Assembly: GCA_014729955.1 (NCBI GenBank)
Contig: WJJA01000607.1
Location: 1 to 14,962 of the forward strand
Length of the DNA: 14,962 nt
DNA from: a bacterium
GTDB taxonomy: Bacteria > Electryoneota > Electryoneia > Electryoneales > Electryoneaceae
Direction: 5' to 3'
Positions 9,748 to 14,962 of the stretch are shown piece after piece. Position numbers and translations under genes: made by a program. A model generated the notes under the pieces. That model did no database searches and had not been told where the DNA came from. It saw nothing but the letters and a program-made list of their open reading frames with translations. The first letter of the stretch is position 1; each line of letters opens with the position of its first letter.

Positions 9748-9938
9748 GGCTGACATAAACAAAGCGGTCCGGGTTCCGGGAGGATATGCGACCCGGCATT
9801 CGAGTGGTGCAGGCGTCCCCGACCGTGACACTGTCGGCATCACATTGGAAGAGTGGCGCAGGAGTCCCTGCCTGCGGTATCGCAGGGTGAGTCAAAGAGA
9901 GCAAGCAAGCCGATCCGATAGGACTGAAAGGAGTCCCG
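9748..9938 (+). promoter_or_regulatory. Structured GC-rich efp-accB intergenic region and accBC 5' leader; no intrinsic terminator after efp
   Basis: Tandem CCGGG/CCCGG hairpins lie at 9769-9797 and a 6-bp stem with GUAU tetraloop at 9871-9886. Neither is followed by a T-tract. A perfect SD AAGGAG sits 6 nt before the accB ATG. In E. coli the accBC leader is long and AccB-autoregulated (established); whether this leader is regulatory is inference. Confidence 0.25.
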
Positions 9939-10421
9939 ATGCAGTTTTCGGATGTGAGAAAGCTGGTCAAACTGGTGGAATCGAGCGAGATACATGAGCT
10001 GGAGTTTGAGCAGGAAGGTTCGAAGATCGTGATCCGCAAGGCGGATCCGCATGCTCAACCGGCGCCCGCTCCGGCAGTGCAGACGATTGCCGTACCGCAA
10101 GCTGCCCCGGCACCGGCAGCCGCCCCGGCCCCCGCGGTCGACACCGCCGCGCAGGCCGAAACGGCGAAGAAAGCAGACTACCATGAGCTGAAATCGCCGA
10201 TGGTCGGCACCATGTACCGCGCTCCCGCTCCGGATGCCGATCCCTATGTTCAGATCGGCGATAAGGTAAAGGCCGGCGACGTCGTCTGCATCGTCGAAGC
10301 GATGAAGCTGATGAACGAGATTGAGTGCGACGTTAGCGGCCGCGTGGTCGATATCCTCGTGGAAAACGCCCAGCCGGTCGAGTTCGGGCAGACACTATTC
10401 CTCATTGATCCCAATGGCTGA
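9939..10421 (+). CDS. accB: Biotin carboxyl carrier protein of acetyl-CoA carboxylase (BCCP)
   Basis: N-terminus '[34 protein letters not shown]' resembles the E. coli AccB N-domain. An Ala/Pro-rich linker precedes the biotinyl domain with the biotinylation motif '[10 protein letters not shown]'. Confidence 0.93.
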   Translation: MQFSDVRKLVKLVESSEIHELEFEQEGSKIVIRKADPHAQPAPAPAVQTIAVPQAAPAPAAAPAPAVDTAAQAETAKKADYHELKSPMVGTMYRAPAPDADPYVQIGDKVKAGDVVCIVEAMKLMNEIECDVSGRVVDILVENAQPVEFGQTLFLIDPNG

Positions 10422-11787
10422 TTCCTTCCAGAAAATCCTGATTGCGAACCGCGGTGAGATCGCCCTGCGTATCATCCGCGCCTGCTGGGAGCTCGACATC
10501 CCGACGGTCGCGGTTTACAGCCAGGCCGATGCGGAAAGCCTGCACGTACGCTTCGCCGATGAGGCCGTCTGCATTGGACCGGGCCCGTCCAACCAGAGCT
10601 ACCTGGACCAGAAGCGCATCCTGGCGGCGGCGGAGGTTTCCGGCGCCGATGCGGTTCACCCCGGGTACGGCTTCCTTGCAGAAAACGCCGACTTCGCCGA
10701 GGTGTGCGATGAAAGCGGCCTGACCTTTATCGGCCCGTCCGCGGAGGCTATCAACCGCATGGGCAACAAGGCTCAGGCGAAGGCGACGATGATTGCGGCA
10801 GGTGTGCCGGTCACCCCCGGGTCGGATGGTGTCGTAAGAAGCCTCGATGAAGCGCGCAATATTGCCGACCGTATCGGCTACCCGGTGATCCTGAAGGCGA
10901 GCGCCGGCGGCGGAGGCAAGGGCATGCGTGTGGTACGGTCCGAGGCGGGGCTGGAGTCGAGCTACGAGCTTGCCAAGGCAGAAGCCGAAGCCGCCTTCTC
11001 CAACTCGGATCTGTATCTCGAGAAATACATCGAGAACCCGCGTCACGTGGAAGTGCAGATCATGGGCGATGCGCACGGCAACGTGCTGCACTTCGGCGAA
11101 CGCGACTGCTCGCTGCAACGTCGGCACCAGAAACTCGTCGAAGAGAGCCCCTGCCCTGTCGTAACCGACAAGTTGCGCGAACAAATGGGCGATGCCGCGG
11201 TAAAGGCGGCGCAAGCGGTCAAGTATGTAGGCGCCGGTACGGTCGAGTTTCTCCTGACTCCCGATGGCAACTTTTATTTCATGGAGATGAATACGCGTAT
11301 CCAGGTGGAGCACCCGGTCACGGAAGAAGTAACCGGTGTCGATTTGCTCAAACTGATGATTCGTGTCGCGCAGGGCGAGGCGATCCCCATGAAACAGGAA
11401 GATGTCGAGATTCGCGGGCACGCGATCGAATTTCGCATCAATGCGGAAGACCCGGACAAGAATTTCCTGCCCGCGCCCGGCACCCTGCAGACCTTCCACA
11501 TGCCGGGAGGACGCGGTGTTCGGGTGGACAGCCACGCCTACAACGGCTACAGGATCCCCCCGTTTTACGATTCCATGATCGCCAAGCTGATTGTGCATGG
11601 TGAGACGCGCGAAGAGGCGTTGCAGCGTGGACGCCGTGCTCTTGAGGAGTTCATCATCGAGGGGATACCCACAACCATTCCCCTTCACAAGAATATCTTA
11701 TCCACGGACGAGTTCCGTGCGGGCAAGGTGGACACAGGTTTTCTGGAACGTTGGATGAACGCCCGCCGGAAACCAAGAACATTGTAG
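10414..11787 (+). CDS. accC: Biotin carboxylase subunit of acetyl-CoA carboxylase
   Basis: '[24 protein letters not shown]' N-terminus, an ATP-grasp Gly-rich loop ('[16 protein letters not shown]') and '[14 protein letters not shown]'. The start ATG at 10414 overlaps the accB stop (ATGGCTGA), giving 457 aa. The six-frame ORF start at 10321 is an in-frame upstream extension. Confidence 0.93.
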   Translation: MADSFQKILIANRGEIALRIIRACWELDIPTVAVYSQADAESLHVRFADEAVCIGPGPSNQSYLDQKRILAAAEVSGADAVHPGYGFLAENADFAEVCDESGLTFIGPSAEAINRMGNKAQAKATMIAAGVPVTPGSDGVVRSLDEARNIADRIGYPVILKASAGGGGKGMRVVRSEAGLESSYELAKAEAEAAFSNSDLYLEKYIENPRHVEVQIMGDAHGNVLHFGERDCSLQRRHQKLVEESPCPVVTDKLREQMGDAAVKAAQAVKYVGAGTVEFLLTPDGNFYFMEMNTRIQVEHPVTEEVTGVDLLKLMIRVAQGEAIPMKQEDVEIRGHAIEFRINAEDPDKNFLPAPGTLQTFHMPGGRGVRVDSHAYNGYRIPPFYDSMIAKLIVHGETREEALQRGRRALEEFIIEGIPTTIPLHKNILSTDEFRAGKVDTGFLERWMNARRKPRTL

Positions 11788-11797
11788 GAGTGGTCCA

Positions 11798-12181
11798 ATG
11801 TCGGAGATTCCGCAGGATCTCAAGTACACCGAAGAACACGAGTGGGTGAAGCTGGAAGGCGATGTCGCGACCATCGGCATCACCGATTATGCCCAGGGCG
11901 AACTGGGAGACGTCGTGTTTGTTGAGCTGCCCGGCGTGGGCGAAGCGGTCAAACGTGACGACGCGATCGGCAGCATTGAAGCGGTCAAAACTGTTGCAGA
12001 CATTTACGCCCCGATTTCCGGCGAAATCGCCGAGATCAATGAGGAACTGGACACCGCACCCGAAACGGTCAACGATGAGCCCTATGGCAATGGCTGGCTG
12101 TTCAAGGTCAAACCGTCCGATAAGACCGAGCTGGACGGCTTGATGGACGCGGAAGCGTACGAGCAGCACATCTCCGATTGA
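11798..12181 (+). CDS. gcvH: Glycine cleavage system H protein (lipoyl carrier)
   Basis: 'KYTEEHEWVKLEGDVATIGITDYAQGELGDVVFVELP...IEAVKTVADIYAPISGEI' contains the conserved lipoyl-lysine motif, 127 aa. SD TAGGAG is 7 nt upstream and includes the accC TAG stop. Confidence 0.93.
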   Translation: MSEIPQDLKYTEEHEWVKLEGDVATIGITDYAQGELGDVVFVELPGVGEAVKRDDAIGSIEAVKTVADIYAPISGEIAEINEELDTAPETVNDEPYGNGWLFKVKPSDKTELDGLMDAEAYEQHISD

Positions 12182-12465
12182 GGAGAGTCGTTCGAAACGC
12201 GAAGCAGGAAACATGGAGGGCGTATTCGGTGAAAGTTAGACCGACCGAATGGCGCCCTTTCCCTCATGAAAACAAACTGTACCGCCGGGTGGGGCGCGCG
12301 TCCTGCCGACCGAACGCCGGCCGGCCCGCCGCGATCAGATCGTGTATCACAGGGTAGGGCGGGCGTCTCTGCCCGCCGCGACAAACGGTTTTTCAAGTGG
12401 GGGCAGGCGTTTTCTCAGCCGGGCACCGACCTGCCCTCCGGAATGCATAAACGGAGACGGTTTCC
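12182..12465 (+). promoter_or_regulatory. 284-nt structured leader upstream of gcvPA; candidate glycine-responsive riboswitch or attenuator (unconfirmed)
   Basis: GGAGAG lies at 12182-12187. Two related CCGACCGAA(T/C)G(G/C)CG motifs sit about 63 nt apart (about 12243 and 12306). A 7-bp all-GC hairpin (12358-12364/12371-12377) is followed by TTTTT at 12389-12393. A second hairpin (12401-12407/12430-12436) lies just before the gcvPA SD GGAGA. A long non-coding gap immediately before a glycine-decarboxylase gene is the classic riboswitch position, but conserved cores (ACCGAAGGGGCAA, CUCUCAGGCAAAAGGACAG) are only partly matched. Confidence 0.25.
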
Positions 12466-13806
12466 ATGGCCTACGTGCCGCATACCGATGAACAGCTCGA
12501 GCAGATGTTGCAGGAGATCGGGGTCGCTTCCTTTGAAGACCTGATCGCGGCGATTCCGAAAGACGTGCGGCTGCCGAACGGCCTCGACATCCCGAAGGGA
12601 TTGTCCGAGTTCGAAGTCACCGCAATGATGAAAGAAATGGCCGCAAAGAACCGCGGTGCCGTGGAGGCGGTCGGCTTCCTCGGCGGCGGCAGCTACGACC
12701 ATTTCATTCCGTCAGCCGTCGGCGCGATCCTCTCCCGCAGCGAATGGTATACCGCTTACACACCCTACCAACCCGAAGTTTCTCAGGGCACCCTGCAGGC
12801 GATCTATGAGTTCCAGTCGGTAATCGCGAACATTACCGGTATGGAAGTCGCCAACGCCAGTCTCTATGACGGCCCGACCGCGATGAACGAAGCGATGCTG
12901 CTGGCGCTTCGTGTGCAGCGCAAACGTGAGAAGGTGCTCCTCAGCGAGGGGGTACACCCGCACACACTGAAGATCATGCGCACCTACGCCGACACGTCCG
13001 GCATCGACCTGCAGACCGTGCCGCTGAAAGACGGCCGTACCGATATGGACGCGCTCTCGGCTGCGTTGGGAGACGACACCGCGGTGCTGCTCTTCTCCCA
13101 GCCGAACTTCTTCGGGGTGATCGAGGACGGACGTGCGCTGGTCAAAGCCGCGCAAGATGCCGGCGCGATGGCGTCCGTGAACGCCTACCCCGTCGCGCTG
13201 GGGATGCTCGAATCGCCGGGTGCCTACGGCGCCGATCTTGTCACCGGCGAGGGACAAAGTCTGGGTAATCACATGGGTTACGGCGGCCCTTATGTCGGAT
13301 TGTTCGCCGCCAAAGAGAAGCTGATCCGCCAGATGCCCGGACGAATTTCCGGCCTCACGCAGGATGTCGAAGGCCGACGCGGCTTCGTACTGGCCTTGCA
13401 GACACGGGAACAACATATCCGCCGCGGCAAGGCAACCTCGAACATCTGCACCAACCAGGGCTTGAACGCACTGGCGTCCCTGATCCATGTCGCCCTGCTC
13501 GGCAAAGAGGGCTTCAGGAAGGTCGCGCATCTCTGCTACCACAAGGCACACTACCTGCACGGTCGCATGAGCGAGCTGAATGGTTGGACTCCGGCCTTCG
13601 ACCGGCCCTTCTTCAACGAGTTCGTGTTCGAAACCCCCGAACCGGCCGAACACATCATAGACAAGATGAAGGACAAAGGCTTCTTCGCGGGCATTCGGCT
13701 CGATCGTTTCTATCCGGAAATGCGCAACAGGCTGCTTGTCGCGGTGACCGAAAAACGGACCCGTGCGGAGATGGATCGTTTCATTGAGGAATTGAAAACC
13801 CTGTAA
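12466..13806 (+). CDS. gcvPA: Glycine dehydrogenase (decarboxylating) subunit 1, P-protein N-terminal subunit
   Basis: 'MAYVPHTDEQLEQMLQEIGVASFEDLIAAIPKDVRL' N-terminus typical of GcvPA, plus 'YTPYQPEVSQGTLQAIYEFQSVIANITGMEVANASLYDG'. Length 446 aa. SD GGAGA is present upstream. Confidence 0.93.
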   Translation: MAYVPHTDEQLEQMLQEIGVASFEDLIAAIPKDVRLPNGLDIPKGLSEFEVTAMMKEMAAKNRGAVEAVGFLGGGSYDHFIPSAVGAILSRSEWYTAYTPYQPEVSQGTLQAIYEFQSVIANITGMEVANASLYDGPTAMNEAMLLALRVQRKREKVLLSEGVHPHTLKIMRTYADTSGIDLQTVPLKDGRTDMDALSAALGDDTAVLLFSQPNFFGVIEDGRALVKAAQDAGAMASVNAYPVALGMLESPGAYGADLVTGEGQSLGNHMGYGGPYVGLFAAKEKLIRQMPGRISGLTQDVEGRRGFVLALQTREQHIRRGKATSNICTNQGLNALASLIHVALLGKEGFRKVAHLCYHKAHYLHGRMSELNGWTPAFDRPFFNEFVFETPEPAEHIIDKMKDKGFFAGIRLDRFYPEMRNRLLVAVTEKRTRAEMDRFIEELKTL

Positions 13807-13854
13807 ACGAACGGCAACCCCAAAAGCGCCGTACAACGGTGCGAGGAGTGTGCG

Positions 13855-14790
13855 ATGGGTCTTCCTACGATTATTCTGCTGGTCTTCATCCTGATTGTAC
13901 TCTTTTCGGCGATTCGTGTCGTGAAGGAGTACGACCGTCTGGTGGTCTTCCGTCTCGGTCGGCTGCAGGGTGTAAAGGGTCCGGGGATCGTATTCATCAT
14001 CCCGATCATCGACCAGGTCAAAACGGTATCGACCCGGATCCAGGTGTTCGATGTGCAGCCGCAGGACCTGCTGACCAAGGATAACGTCAGCGTACAGGTC
14101 AACGCCGTCATCTACTTCCGTGTGATGGAACCGGCACGTGCGGTTGTGAACGCGGAAAACTACTACCAGGCGACCATCCAGATCGCCCAGACCACCCTGC
14201 GTGCGGTAATCGGCGAGATTTCGCTGCAGGACATGCTCGACAACCTCGCCATGGTTAATACGCGCCTGCAGGAGATTATCGACGACCATACTGACAGCTG
14301 GGGTGTGAAGGTCTCCACTGTGGAGATCAAGCATGTCGACCTCACCCAGGAGCTGAAGCGTGTAATGGCCGCGGAAGCCGAGGCGGATCGTGTCCGGCGT
14401 GCGAAGATCGTCGCCGCGGACGGTGAATACCAGGCCGCGAAGCGGCTCACCGACGCCGCGGTGCTGATGGAATCCGCGCCGATGTCGCTTACTCTGCGCT
14501 ACCTGCAGACCCTGGTCGAAATCGCCGCGGAAAACAATTCCACCACCATCTTCCCGGTGCCGATCGACATCTTCCAGGTCTTCATGGAGGGTGAAAAAGA
14601 CAATGGCAAGAGCGTGCTCGACAAAATGAAAGAGAAGGAAAAGCTTGAGGAAGCGGTGCGTAAAGCCCAGGAATCCGACCTGCGCCGCTTCGATGATATG
14701 CTCGGCAGCGCTACCTCCGGCCGTCCCTCCACAAGCATCGATGACGATGGCGAGGACAAGGACAAAAACGACGAGGACGATGAGAAGTAG
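13855..14790 (+). CDS. SPFH/band-7 (stomatin/prohibitin-like) membrane protein with acidic C-terminal tail
   Basis: N-terminal TM helix 'LPTIILLVFILIVLFSAIRVV', then an SPFH core ('EYDRLVVFRLGRLQGVKGPGIVFIIPIIDQV...TKDNVSVQVNAVIYFRV'), a coiled-coil Ala/Glu-rich segment, and a tail 'DDDGEDKDKNDEDDEK'. SD GAGGAG is present upstream. Confidence 0.88.
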   Translation: MGLPTIILLVFILIVLFSAIRVVKEYDRLVVFRLGRLQGVKGPGIVFIIPIIDQVKTVSTRIQVFDVQPQDLLTKDNVSVQVNAVIYFRVMEPARAVVNAENYYQATIQIAQTTLRAVIGEISLQDMLDNLAMVNTRLQEIIDDHTDSWGVKVSTVEIKHVDLTQELKRVMAAEAEADRVRRAKIVAADGEYQAAKRLTDAAVLMESAPMSLTLRYLQTLVEIAAENNSTTIFPVPIDIFQVFMEGEKDNGKSVLDKMKEKEKLEEAVRKAQESDLRRFDDMLGSATSGRPSTSIDDDGEDKDKNDEDDEK

Positions 14791-14822
14791 GACGTCCCTG
14801 CATCCTGTTTTTACAGTCTTCA

Positions 14823-14863
14823 CCCGGCAGCGCCTGCTACGGCCGTTGCCGGGTGTTTTTTCT
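14823..14863 (+). terminator. Rho-independent terminator downstream of the SPFH gene
   Basis: A 10-bp GC-rich stem with one G:U pair (CCCGGCAGCG 14823-14832 / CGTTGCCGGG 14844-14853) and an 11-nt loop, followed by T6 at 14856-14861. Confidence 0.6.
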
Positions 14864-14962
14864 CCGCCCGGCACCGAAACCCGTGGTCGGCCGGACTTGT
14901 GCGCCTTTGGAGGAGTTGCCGACCCCGGGGAGGCTGTTCGTCCGGGAGAATCACCCCCTCTA

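Noticed and set aside
9786-9890. 34-codon ORF (MRPGIRVVQASPTVTLSASHWKSGAGVPACGIAG) in the efp-accB spacer
   Set aside because: The GGAGG is only about 2 nt from the ATG, which is too close. I recognise no conservation signal, and the ORF overlaps the predicted hairpins. It is noted only as a possible leader peptide.
12266-12544. 92-aa ORF spanning the gcvH-gcvPA leader and running out of frame into gcvPA
   Set aside because: It has no SD. Its translation is Arg/Pro-rich junk, and it overlaps the well-supported gcvPA start in another frame. The region is better explained as structured non-coding leader.

Overview
This is a high-GC (roughly 60-65%, estimated by eye) bacterial chromosomal segment carrying 12 co-directional housekeeping genes, all on the + strand. 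In order they are a 5'-truncated recG, parA(soj), parB(spo0J), glnD (PII uridylyltransferase), an NlpC/P60 lipoprotein peptidase, ligA, efp, accB, accC, gcvH, gcvPA, and an SPFH/band-7 stomatin-like membrane protein followed by a rho-independent terminator. Several junctions are tight or overlapping, which suggests operonic, translationally coupled expression: parA/parB overlap 17 nt, parB/glnD are 5 nt apart, glnD/nlpC overlap 8 nt, accB/accC overlap 8 nt, and the accC stop sits inside the gcvH Shine-Dalgarno. Every long minus-strand ORF in the six-frame track lies antisense to a recognisable conserved gene and is a high-GC artefact. I do not see a mobile element, CRISPR array, tRNA, toxin-antitoxin pair or obvious defence or novel system; this looks like conserved core genome. 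The items most worth follow-up are a 284-nt structured leader between gcvH and gcvPA (possible glycine-responsive riboswitch, unproven), the unusual accBC-gcvH and parAB-glnD operon fusions, and an orphan SPFH protein. All protein identifications are from motif recognition by eye, not database searches.
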